This document shows positions 1 through 8,897 of a stretch of 64,000 nt of DNA, one piece after another. The notes beneath the pieces were generated by a model. It worked only from the letters and a program-made list of their open reading frames with translations, ran no database searches and was not told where the DNA came from. The translations under genes and the position numbers were made by a program. Numbering within the stretch: position 1 is the first letter of the stretch; each line of letters opens with the position of its first letter. This DNA comes from Candidatus Rokuibacteriota bacterium (lineage in GTDB: Bacteria > Methylomirabilota > Methylomirabilia > Rokubacteriales > DASRDR01), in contig JBIOTN010000175.1 of assembly GCA_044866005.1 (NCBI GenBank), positions 6,330-70,329 of the forward strand, in the 5' to 3' direction.

Positions 1-23
1 TGGGCGGCGGCACGCATCACCCG

Positions 24-2477
24 ATGTTCCTTCAGGCCCACCTGCACCTCTTCTATCCCCTGAACGTGCTCTGGCTCGGCCTCGCCGAGCGGAAGCAGTT
101 CATCCCCCACGCACTCCTCCAGTACCATCACGCGTTTCACTACCTCCTGGCGGGCGTCTTCACCTACGCGTACGGACGCCAGCTCGGGCTGGCCCGGTTT
201 CCCGCGAGCCTGGCCGGGATCGCCTTCATGTTCTCGGGGTTCCTGCTCGCGCACGTCCAGCACTGGACGATGGTGGACACGATCGTCTGGCTCCCGCTCG
301 TCCTGGCGTGCGTGGTCCGGGCCGACGCGACCGGCCAGCGGCGATGGGGCGTCCTGGCCGGGCTCGGCCTCGGGATCGCCTTCCTCGCGGGGCATCCACA
401 GATCTTTTACTACATGGCCCTGGTCGCGGCCGCGCTCGGGCTCACGCTCCTCGGTCGGCGGGTCATGGCGCGGCAGCCCTGGGCGCGCCTCGCGACGGTC
501 TACCTCCTCGTGCCGGCCGTCGCGCTCGGCATCGCGGCGGTGCAGCTCCTGCCGTCGTGGGAGGCGGCGCTCGGCTCGCACCGCGCGGGACTCGACTACG
601 GCTGGAAGGCGATCGGCTCCTATCGTCCGGCGTTCCTGCTGCAGCTCGTTCTTCCCTGGGGCCTCCTGCCGGTCGAGGGGTGGCAGGCCAGCACCTCGGA
701 GTTCTACCTCTATCCCGGGATCCTTCCCCTCGTGCTCGCCGGGTACGCGGTGGCACGACGGTGGGACTGGCGGGTGGGCTTCCATGCGGCGGTGGCGCTC
801 GGCGCGGTCCTCCTGGCCTTCGGCGACAACTACGGCGCGTTCCGTCTGGCCTACGAGCTGATCCCCGGGCTGGGCCTCTTCCGGATCCCGGCCCGGATCC
901 TGGGACTCGTGAGCTTCGCGCTGGCCGTGCTCGCTGGGCTCGGCGCGCAGACGCTCCTCGGGGAGTCCGGATCACCGGGGCTGACGCGCTTCCTCCGCGC
1001 CGCCCTCGCCATCGCCGGGATCGGCGCCGTCGCCGTCCACCTCCTGCTCGTCCGTAGCCAGGCGCCGCCGGCCTCGGACCTCGCCCAGCGCCTCGCCGAC
1101 CAGTACGTCATGCTCGCTCTCCTCCTCGCCGGGACCCTGCTCGTCGTCAGCTGGCGGCCGCGCGCGTCGCCCGCGCTCGTCCGGGCCGGCCTCCTCGTCA
1201 TCCTGCTCGTCGATCTCCTCTTCGGCTCGTTCAGCCTCGGCAGCGCCGCGTCCAACCCGGACCACCGCCCGCCGGCCGAGCCGGAGTGGCTCGCCGTGCT
1301 GCGTCAGGAGCGGGAGCCGATCCGCCTGAGCCGGGGCCGGCGAATCCATCCCCGCCTGATCTACGAGCACGGCTGGGGCATCGTCGACGGCGAGAGCACG
1401 TTCGCGCCCCCGGCGTTTCTGGACCTGTACGGGCTGATCGAGGCGAACCCGCGGATCTTCGACCTCCTCAACGTGAAGTACGTGGTGACGGGATCGAGCC
1501 GCGAGCTCCGCGTGCCGCGCGCGAAGTTCGGGCGGCTCGCGCTCTGGCCGGACGCCCTTCGCCGCGTGGCGCTGCCGGCACCCACGGCGGCGCGCACGCT
1601 CGAGCTCGACTCCCACCTGGTGTACGGCGCCGGCGTGCCCCAGGGCGCGCCCGTCGCCGTGGTCCACGCCGTCTTCGAGGACGGCTCGACCGAACGGTTG
1701 ACCCTCCGTGCGGGCGTGGAGACCGCCGAATGGGCGCTCGACCGTCCGGGAAGCGCGGCGCGCCACGGCCGGCCGCCGGCGATCGCGCGCTCCTGGACCG
1801 TCGGCGACGAGGGCTTCCGCGGGCACACGTACCGGGCGACCCTGCCGCTGCGGCCGGCCGGGCGGCTCACCGAGCTGATCGTCGAGCACGCCGGGACGGA
1901 CGCGGTGCTGGTCGTCGAGGCCCTGCGCCTCGATGGCCGCGATCCGCCGCCGCCCCCCGACCGGCTGGAGCCCGTCGTCCCGGGGCTCTACCGGAACCGC
2001 TACGCGCTGCCACGGGCGTTCCTCGTCCGCCGCGCGCGGCAGGTCCCCCCGGAGCGCATCCTCGACGCGCTGCGCGATCTGGACCCCGCCGAGGAGGCCC
2101 TCGTGACCGACCCGCTGCCGACCGGCTGGCCGACGCCGGGCCGGCCGACGGGACCCCCCCTCCCGGCGGTCCGGATCGTCGACTACCTCCCGGAGCGGGT
2201 CCGCCTGGAGACCGAGGTCGCCGAGCCGCTGATCCTGGTCCTCGGCGACACCTACGATGCGCGCTGGCGCGCCTGGGACAACGGCCGGCCGGTCCCCATC
2301 CTCCGCGCCGACCATGCGCTCCGCGCGGTCCCCCTCCAGCCGGGCCGCCATGTGGTCGAGTTCCGCTACCGCCAGCCCTCGTTCTGGGTCGGCCTGGCGC
2401 TCTCGCTCGGGACGATCGGCGCCGTCGTGACCGGCGGCCTTGTCGCGGGCCGCCGACGGGGGAAGCGCGCGCCCTAG
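24..2477 (+). CDS. YfhO-family GT-C membrane glycosyltransferase (N-terminus may extend upstream of the window)
   Basis: ORF 24..2477 (817 aa): many N-terminal TM helices, DLLNVKYVV motif, large periplasmic domain and a C-terminal TM anchor (RYRQPSFWVGLALSLG) typical of the YfhO family. The frame stays open back to nt 3. Confidence 0.8.
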   Translation: MFLQAHLHLFYPLNVLWLGLAERKQFIPHALLQYHHAFHYLLAGVFTYAYGRQLGLARFPASLAGIAFMFSGFLLAHVQHWTMVDTIVWLPLVLACVVRADATGQRRWGVLAGLGLGIAFLAGHPQIFYYMALVAAALGLTLLGRRVMARQPWARLATVYLLVPAVALGIAAVQLLPSWEAALGSHRAGLDYGWKAIGSYRPAFLLQLVLPWGLLPVEGWQASTSEFYLYPGILPLVLAGYAVARRWDWRVGFHAAVALGAVLLAFGDNYGAFRLAYELIPGLGLFRIPARILGLVSFALAVLAGLGAQTLLGESGSPGLTRFLRAALAIAGIGAVAVHLLLVRSQAPPASDLAQRLADQYVMLALLLAGTLLVVSWRPRASPALVRAGLLVILLVDLLFGSFSLGSAASNPDHRPPAEPEWLAVLRQEREPIRLSRGRRIHPRLIYEHGWGIVDGESTFAPPAFLDLYGLIEANPRIFDLLNVKYVVTGSSRELRVPRAKFGRLALWPDALRRVALPAPTAARTLELDSHLVYGAGVPQGAPVAVVHAVFEDGSTERLTLRAGVETAEWALDRPGSAARHGRPPAIARSWTVGDEGFRGHTYRATLPLRPAGRLTELIVEHAGTDAVLVVEALRLDGRDPPPPPDRLEPVVPGLYRNRYALPRAFLVRRARQVPPERILDALRDLDPAEEALVTDPLPTGWPTPGRPTGPPLPAVRIVDYLPERVRLETEVAEPLILVLGDTYDARWRAWDNGRPVPILRADHALRAVPLQPGRHVVEFRYRQPSFWVGLALSLGTIGAVVTGGLVAGRRRGKRAP

Positions 2478-2579
2478 CCGTCCGACGGCCCACGCCGGCC
2501 GCCGGCCAGGCCCGGCGGCCGCCCGGCGGGCCGCGCGGGTCCACGGGAGCGGACGGTGCGCCCCGGACCGGCCGGCGGG

Positions 2580-5318
2580 TCACTCGAAGGCGTCGAGCTC
2601 GGCGAGGCTCCAGGCACTCGCGGCCGCGGGTCCGTCGGACGAGAGCCGGAGGTAGCGCAGCGAGGTCGGGGGAAACGCGACCGCCCAGCTCTCCTCCCCG
2701 TTCCGCAAGAGCTCCGAGCCGGACCAGTAGAGCGGCCCCGCCCACGCGAGGGGCTGAAGCGCGCGCCAGTCGCGGCCGTCCACCGACCCTTCGACCCGGA
2801 GGCCCCGCGCTCCGCCCGCCGCCGGCCCGGGCCGGCCCGCCAGCCCGCCGACCCGGCGCACCTGGCCGAGATCCACCGTGAGCTGGCTCGCCGGCGTCGC
2901 GCCCGCCTGCCAGCGCGTCTCGTCGGCCCCGTCGATCGCGTGCCAGGCCTCCGCCGTGTTCTCGCTCGCCGTCGCGCGCCACCCGTCCCGCGGCAGCCGC
3001 CGCGGCACCGGCCCCGGGGTCAGGAGGAGCAGGCGGTACGCGCCGGCGGCGCGCTCCCGGACCGCGATGCCCTGGCCCGCGAGCATGGCCCGGACGCCCG
3101 GGGCGTCGGCGTCGGCCCCCAGAAGGATCGCGTAGTCCCGTCGCGCCCGGAAGCGCCCGAGCTCTCGAGGGTCGGGCGAGTGCCCGTAGGAGTTCGTGGC
3201 CGCGTTCGACTGCTCGCCGGCGATGCGGCCGTGGGACTCGGCCTGGACCCACGCCGACAGCCAGTGATCGGCGTACACGAACTGGACGCCCTCCTCGCGC
3301 AGCGCCGCCGTGATCTCTCCCTCCCGCGGCAGCGGCGGACGCGGCCCTCCCGGTCCGTACACGAACAGCTCCCGCGCCGCCCAGTCGCGATACGGGACCT
3401 CTCCCGTCTGCACCAGCCGCACCAGCCGCGTCCGCACCGGCGGGAAGATCGCCTGCACGCGCCCCTGCCGCACCTTGAGGAATGCATGGTGCTCGGAGAA
3501 GAACAGCGGCCCCCAGTACTGCGGGACGACGACCACCGGCTGCCAGCGCTTGCCGTCTCTCGACACCTCCACGCGATACCCCGAGGGCACCTCCTGCCAG
3601 TCGATCGCCAGGAGATCCACCCGGGTGACCGTCTCCTCCCTGCCGAGATCCACGGCGACCCACTGCCCCGGCGCCTGCGGGCCGGGGCTCCGCCACCCCG
3701 TCGACGCGTCCCGGTCGATCAGGTTCGCCGCCTCCGACGCGTTCCCGCTCGCCCTCACCACCCATCCCTCGGGCCCGATCGGCACGAACCCCGTGGCGAA
3801 GGTCGGCACCGGCTCGAGGACGTAGATCGCGCCCACCGGCGTCTCGCGGACGTCGATGCCGAGGGCCCGCAGCCCGCTGTGAAGCTCCTTCCGGAGCGTT
3901 CGGGTCACGATGGGCGGCGCCGCCGCGGCGTCCACCGCGTGGGCGTGCGGCAGCGCGCCCTCGCGCCAGAGATCGGCCGCCACGATCCGCATCCCCGTGA
4001 GGTAGGTGAACTCGTACGATTGCAAGTGGGGCACGTCGGCGAAGTAGACCCGCCGGATCCCCCGCTCGTCCAGCCAGCGCACCACCGGGGCCATGCGCCC
4101 CTTGACCGAGGCCCAGCGCCACTGGGACGGGGTGGTCCGGGCCACGGTGTCCCCCGTGTTGCTCCAGGCATGGAGGCCGAGCAGCGTGGCCAGCGCTGCG
4201 GCGCCGACCGCTCGCCGCGCCGACCACAGCCCGTGGAGCGTGTCGCCGATCCAGTACGGCAGGACGGAGTAGAGCGGCAGGAGGTAGCGGCCTTCGAGGG
4301 GACGCGAGCTGACGGCGGCGAGGGCGAGGTTGGCGAGCAGCACCCCCCACAGGAGCAGTCGGCCAGCCGCGGCCGGGGGCGCGGACCGCCGCGCCCCCGC
4401 GGCCCACCTCAGCGCGCCACGGTCTCGGATCGCGGCCCCGACGACCGCGGCCACGGCGAGCAGCAGCACGGCCAGCTCGAGCACGCCCTCCAGGGAGGGT
4501 GTCAGGCGAGCGAGCCGGACGCCCAGCACATCGGGAATCAGTCGGCCGGTCAGGAGGCGGATCCGTTCGCCGAGGGGCTCGGCCTCGACGTAGCCGGCCT
4601 GGTGCAGGACGAAGCGGCTCGAGGGGAAGTACTGCGCCTCGTACACCCACGCGGGCAGCCCGCCGAGGGCCAGGCCGCCGACGAAGAGCCAGATCCGGGG
4701 GCGCCAGAGGAGGCCCGTCCGCACCGCCAGGAGGCCGAAGGGCACCAGGTACACCACGACCAGCGGATTCGTCCACCACCCCAGGCCGGTCAGGAGGCCC
4801 AGCACGAGGAGCGCGCGCGGACACCCCGGGCGGCGAAAGAAGAGGGTATGGGTGGCGAGCAGGACGAGGTTCCCGAGGAGCACCAGGAAGATCCAGTTCA
4901 TGTTCCCCGAGAGGCTCCAGTGGGACAGCTCGACCGGAGGGACGGCCAGGACGGCCAGGGCGAAGAGCGCGGGGATGGGCTCGAGGACGCGTCGCGCCAG
5001 CAACCAGCCGGTCCACAGACACGCGACTCCCGCCGCCCAGGCGAAGATGTCCAGCGCGACCGAGGACCCGCCGGCCAGGGTGAACCAGATCGCCAGCGGG
5101 TAGGACGGGCTCGCGCCCAGGTACTCGATCGTCATGTGGTGGACCGGGAAGTCTCCCCCGAGGGCCTGGAGCGCCTGGATCGCGAGCTTGCTCTCGTCCC
5201 AGTGCGCCCAGGCCAGGCCGGCGAAGCGCCCCGCAAACCTGAGAGCGCGGACGAGCGCGCCGAGCGCGAGGAGGGCCACGACCACGAGCACGGCCCGCGG
5301 CGGCCTCAGTCGAAACAC
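2580..5318 (-). CDS. ArnT/PMT-like GT-C glycosyltransferase fused to two C-terminal F5/8 type C (discoidin) domains, paralog A
   Basis: C-terminal part of the fused minus ORF 2580..8015. It has a multi-TM N-terminal domain with a loop-1 acidic motif (WDES), then two discoidin-like modules (DASTGWRSPGPQAPGQWVAVDLG and ETRWQAGATPASQLTVDLG). The start is taken as GTG 5318..5316 (RVFRLRPP...), which overlaps the stop of paralog B. GTG at 5289 is the alternative. Confidence 0.75.
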   Translation of the reverse strand: MFRLRPPRAVLVVVALLALGALVRALRFAGRFAGLAWAHWDESKLAIQALQALGGDFPVHHMTIEYLGASPSYPLAIWFTLAGGSSVALDIFAWAAGVACLWTGWLLARRVLEPIPALFALAVLAVPPVELSHWSLSGNMNWIFLVLLGNLVLLATHTLFFRRPGCPRALLVLGLLTGLGWWTNPLVVVYLVPFGLLAVRTGLLWRPRIWLFVGGLALGGLPAWVYEAQYFPSSRFVLHQAGYVEAEPLGERIRLLTGRLIPDVLGVRLARLTPSLEGVLELAVLLLAVAAVVGAAIRDRGALRWAAGARRSAPPAAAGRLLLWGVLLANLALAAVSSRPLEGRYLLPLYSVLPYWIGDTLHGLWSARRAVGAAALATLLGLHAWSNTGDTVARTTPSQWRWASVKGRMAPVVRWLDERGIRRVYFADVPHLQSYEFTYLTGMRIVAADLWREGALPHAHAVDAAAAPPIVTRTLRKELHSGLRALGIDVRETPVGAIYVLEPVPTFATGFVPIGPEGWVVRASGNASEAANLIDRDASTGWRSPGPQAPGQWVAVDLGREETVTRVDLLAIDWQEVPSGYRVEVSRDGKRWQPVVVVPQYWGPLFFSEHHAFLKVRQGRVQAIFPPVRTRLVRLVQTGEVPYRDWAARELFVYGPGGPRPPLPREGEITAALREEGVQFVYADHWLSAWVQAESHGRIAGEQSNAATNSYGHSPDPRELGRFRARRDYAILLGADADAPGVRAMLAGQGIAVRERAAGAYRLLLLTPGPVPRRLPRDGWRATASENTAEAWHAIDGADETRWQAGATPASQLTVDLGQVRRVGGLAGRPGPAAGGARGLRVEGSVDGRDWRALQPLAWAGPLYWSGSELLRNGEESWAVAFPPTSLRYLRLSSDGPAAASAWSLAELDAFE

Positions 5319-8065
5319 TCGAGCTCCTCGATGACCCACGGGGCCGCGGCCGCCTCCACCGCCGGCGAGAGCCGCAGGTAACGCAGCGCGGTCGCTGGAA
5401 ACGACACCGCCCAGCCGTCCTTGCCGTGGCGCAAGAGCTCCGACCCCGACCAGTACACCGGCCCCGCCCACGCCAGCGGCTGAAGCGGCGTCCACGCCCG
5501 CCCGTCCATCGAGCCCTCGAGCCGAAGCGGCGCGAGACCGCCCGCGCCAGGCCCCGGGCGCACGGCGACGCGGCTCACCCGGCGTCCCTGTCCCAGGTCC
5601 AGCGTGAAGCGCATCGCCGGGCGCGCCGGGCCCGGCGAGGCCCAGGCCGTCCCCCGGTCGCCGTCGATGGCGAGGGGCGCGGCTGCCGCGTTCTCGCTGG
5701 CCGTGGCCCGCCAGCCGCCCCTGGCGAGGCGGGCCGGCGGCGCCGTCCGCGCGGTGATCACCAGCAGGGGGTAGGGCCCCGCCGTCGTGTCCCGCACGGC
5801 CACCGATTGGCCGGCGAGCATGGCCCGGATGGCCGCCGGATCCCCGTCCGACCCGACCAGGATGGCGTGCCCCGGCTCGGCCCGAAAGCGATCCAGGCTC
5901 TCGGGTGGGGGCAGCGTGCGCCCGTACGCATTGAGATTGATGTTGGACGGGAGCGCCCCGATCCTTCCTCGGGACTCCGCCTGCACCCGGGCCGAGAGCC
6001 AATGATTGGCGTAGACGAAGCTCACCCCCGCCTGGCGCAGCGCCGCCGTCAGCTCCCCCTCGCGCAGAACGCTGGGGCGGCCCGGGCCCGGGCCGTAGAC
6101 GAACAGCTCCCGCGCCGCCCAGCCCTGATACGCCACCTCCCCCGTCTGCACGACGCGCACCCGCCGCGCCCGCCGCGGCGGAAAGATCGCCTGCACCCGC
6201 CCGCGCCGCGCTTTCAAGAACGCGTGGTGCTCCGAAAAGAACAGCGGCCCCCAGTACTCCCGGACCGCGACCACCTCCCGCCAGCCCTCGGCTGCCTGGA
6301 AGACCTCCACGCGGAAGCCCACCGGCACCTCTCGCCACTCCACCGCCAGCAGGTCCACCCGCGCCACCGTCTCCTCCCTGCCGAGGTCGACCGCGATCCA
6401 CTGCCCCGGCCGCTGCGGTCCGGCCGTCCGCCAGCCCGTGGACGCGTCGCCGTCGATCAAGTTCGCGGCCGCCGCCCCATTCTCGCTGGCGCTCGCCGCC
6501 CAGCCGTCCGGCCGGATCGGCACGAACCCCGTCTGGAACGTCGGCAGGGGCTCGAGCACCAGGATCCCGGCCCGCCTCGTCTCTCGCGCCGCCATGCCGA
6601 TCCCTCGCAGGCTCTCCCGCAACGGTCCGGCCAGCCGGCTCCGTTCCCGCAGGAGGATGGGCGGCGCCTCGGCCGCGTCCACGAGGTGGCCGTGGGAGAC
6701 CGCTTCCTCGTTCCAGAGGCTGGCGGCGACGACTCGCCTTTCGGCCAGGTAGCTGAACTCGTAGGCCGGCATCCGCAAGGGGTCCACCCAGTAGGCGCGT
6801 CGGATCCCGTCTGCGTCCAGCCACCGCATCAGCGGCTGCGCCGCCCGCGCCACGGGGGCCCAGCGCCGGTCCTCCGCCGGCGTCCGGCCCAGCGTGTCCA
6901 CCCAGTTCGCCCACAGGTGAGCGCCGAGGATCAGGACGACCGCCGCGCGCCCCAGGGCCGGTCGCAGGCGCGCCAGCCAGGACAGCGCCTCGCCCATCCA
7001 GCACGGCGCCACGGAGTAGAGCGAGAGCAGATAGTAGTTGTCGGGGGTCCGGGACGTCGCGAGGATCAGAGCCAGGTTCGTGAGCGCCACCCACCAGAGG
7101 ATCGAGCGGCCTCCCGCGGGACCGCCGCCCAGGCCGATCGTCCACGCGAGCTCGCGCCGGTCCTCCCGTGCCGCGCGGATCAGCGCGAGCCCCCAGAGCA
7201 GAAGGAGGGCGAGCGGCAGGACCGCGGCCGCCGATCGCATCCCCCGGAGATCGACTCCCAGGATGCTGGGGATGAACTTGCCTGCCACGAGGGCCAGCCG
7301 ATCCCGAAACTGCTCCAGCCCGACCGACCCGGCGAGCGCGAAGCGGGACGACGGGAAGTGCTGGAGCTCGTAGAGCCAGGCGGGGAGCCCCCCCAGGAGC
7401 ACGCCCAGGGGAACGAGCCCGGCGCGGGCCCGCCAGAGCAGCGCGGTCCGCACCGCGAGCAGGCCGAACGGCGCCAGGTAGACGACGATCAGCGGATTGG
7501 TCCACCAGCCGAGCCCGGCGAGGACTCCGAGAACCAGCAGCGTGCGGCGACGCCCGGGCCGGCGGAAGAACAGGGTATGGGTGGCGAGGAGCAGCAGATT
7601 TCCGATGATCAGCAGTCCGCTCTGGTTCAGGTTCCCGATGAGACTCCACCGCGCGAGGATCAGGGGCGGAACGGCCAGGACCGCCAGGGCGAGAAGCGCC
7701 GCCCGCGGCGGGAGAAGCCGGCGCGCCACGAGGTACGCGGTCGTGAGGACCCCGAGTCCGACGCCGTAGTCGAACAGATCCAGGGCCAGCGTCGAGGCGC
7801 CGGCGACGGCGAACCAGACGGCGAGGGGATAGGACGGCGCGGCGCCCAGATACTCGAGCCCCAGGATCTGGACGGGGAGCTCTCCTCCCAGGATCTCCAT
7901 GGCGGGGAGCGCGTACCGCGCGTCGTCCCAGTGGGCCCACCAGAACAGGCGCCCCCAGAACCGGAGCGCCCGCACGGCCGCCCCCACCGCGAGGAGCACG
8001 AGCACGGGCAGCCACGCCGGGAGGCGGCGCGCCCCCGGCGACGCGGCCTCGAGCGCGTGCGCCAC
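5306..8065 (-). CDS. ArnT/PMT-like GT-C glycosyltransferase fused to two F5/8 type C domains, paralog B
   Basis: Real part of ORF 5306..8623. The N-terminal roughly 180 codons of that ORF are low-complexity out-of-frame noise. The TM domain carries WDDA, and the C-terminus has tandem discoidin-like repeats ([25 protein letters not shown] and DGDRGTAWASPGPARPAMRFTLDLG). A GTG start at 8065 sits 12 nt after the GT2 stop. Confidence 0.75.
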   Translation of the reverse strand: MAHALEAASPGARRLPAWLPVLVLLAVGAAVRALRFWGRLFWWAHWDDARYALPAMEILGGELPVQILGLEYLGAAPSYPLAVWFAVAGASTLALDLFDYGVGLGVLTTAYLVARRLLPPRAALLALAVLAVPPLILARWSLIGNLNQSGLLIIGNLLLLATHTLFFRRPGRRRTLLVLGVLAGLGWWTNPLIVVYLAPFGLLAVRTALLWRARAGLVPLGVLLGGLPAWLYELQHFPSSRFALAGSVGLEQFRDRLALVAGKFIPSILGVDLRGMRSAAAVLPLALLLLWGLALIRAAREDRRELAWTIGLGGGPAGGRSILWWVALTNLALILATSRTPDNYYLLSLYSVAPCWMGEALSWLARLRPALGRAAVVLILGAHLWANWVDTLGRTPAEDRRWAPVARAAQPLMRWLDADGIRRAYWVDPLRMPAYEFSYLAERRVVAASLWNEEAVSHGHLVDAAEAPPILLRERSRLAGPLRESLRGIGMAARETRRAGILVLEPLPTFQTGFVPIRPDGWAASASENGAAAANLIDGDASTGWRTAGPQRPGQWIAVDLGREETVARVDLLAVEWREVPVGFRVEVFQAAEGWREVVAVREYWGPLFFSEHHAFLKARRGRVQAIFPPRRARRVRVVQTGEVAYQGWAARELFVYGPGPGRPSVLREGELTAALRQAGVSFVYANHWLSARVQAESRGRIGALPSNINLNAYGRTLPPPESLDRFRAEPGHAILVGSDGDPAAIRAMLAGQSVAVRDTTAGPYPLLVITARTAPPARLARGGWRATASENAAAAPLAIDGDRGTAWASPGPARPAMRFTLDLGQGRRVSRVAVRPGPGAGGLAPLRLEGSMDGRAWTPLQPLAWAGPVYWSGSELLRHGKDGWAVSFPATALRYLRLSPAVEAAAAPWVIEELECFD

Positions 8066-8076
8066 GAGCGGCAGAG

Positions 8077-8835
8077 TCAGACGGCGGGGCGGGCCCGCGG
8101 CATGAAGAGCGGGTCCCGCCGGAGGCCCAGGCGGTGGGCGTAGAAGCGGCCGAGCGTCCAGAGCGTCTTCACGCCGTAGGTCACGCTCCGCCGGAAGCCG
8201 ATGGACGACGCTTCGGCCATGTAGCGGACCGGGACCGGCACGTCGCCGATCCGGAAGTCGAAGTGCACGGCCTGGATCAGGAGCTGCGAGTCGAAGACGA
8301 AGTCGTCGGAGTTGGCGTGGTAGGGGATCGTCTCGAGGACCTGCCGCGCGTAGGCCCGGAAGCCCGAGTGGAACTCGCCGAGGTTCTGCCCCAGCGCCAC
8401 GTTCTCCACCAGCGTGAGGAACCGGTTCGCGAAGTACTTGTAGACCGGCATGCCGCAGTCCAGCGCCTCGCGCCGGGTGCGGATGCGCGAGCCCAGGACG
8501 ACGTCGCAGACGCCGGCCTCGATGAAGCCCGTGAGGAACGGCGTGAGCCGGCTGTCGTACTGGTAGTCGGGATGGATCATGATGACGATGTCCGCGCCCC
8601 GCTTGAGCGCCTCGTCGTAGCACGTCTTCTGGTTGGCCCCGTACCCGCGGTTGGCGGCGTGCGCGATGACCGAGAGGCCGAGCGCCCGCGCGATCTCGAC
8701 GGTCCGATCCCGGCTCGCATCGTCCACGACGATGACCTCGTCCACGGTCTCGGGCGGGATGTCACGGTAGGTCTTCTCCAGGGTCGACGCCGCGTTGTAC
8801 GCCGGCATGACCGCGACGACCCGCAGACGGCCCAT
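8077..8835 (-). CDS. GT2 polyprenyl-phosphate sugar synthase (Dpm1/ArnC-like)
   Basis: [23 protein letters not shown]...[12 protein letters not shown] matches the GT2 DxD fold. ATG at 8835..8833, stop TGA at 8079..8077. Confidence 0.85.
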   Translation of the reverse strand: MGRLRVVAVMPAYNAASTLEKTYRDIPPETVDEVIVVDDASRDRTVEIARALGLSVIAHAANRGYGANQKTCYDEALKRGADIVIMIHPDYQYDSRLTPFLTGFIEAGVCDVVLGSRIRTRREALDCGMPVYKYFANRFLTLVENVALGQNLGEFHSGFRAYARQVLETIPYHANSDDFVFDSQLLIQAVHFDFRIGDVPVPVRYMAEASSIGFRRSVTYGVKTLWTLGRFYAHRLGLRRDPLFMPRARPAV

Positions 8836-8878
8836 GGAGTCCGATTCTGCCTCATCGACGTCGCGGGGGAAAGCGTCC

Positions 8879-8887
8879 TGATACAAT
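8879..8887 (+). promoter_or_regulatory. extended -10-like element TGaTACAAT, suggesting a leaderless or very short-leader transcript for paralog C
   Basis: cctGaTACAATggg is 11 nt upstream of ATG 8898. The first ATG (8886) lies inside the hexamer. Confidence 0.3.
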
Positions 8888-8897
8888 GGGCAGGCGC

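Noticed and set aside
1867-5022. Very long track ORFs with Arg/Pro/Gly/Ala-rich low-complexity translations (1867..5022 -, 2556..5381 +, 5426..8143 +, 8577..11699 -, 11411..13360 -, 41544..45794 -, 45926..49426 -, 59845..62439 +, 60530..62410 - and others)
   Set aside because: These are antisense to or out of frame with genes that have clear family signatures. Their composition is what random reading of ~72% GC DNA gives, with no domain motifs. I treat them as GC-driven artefacts.
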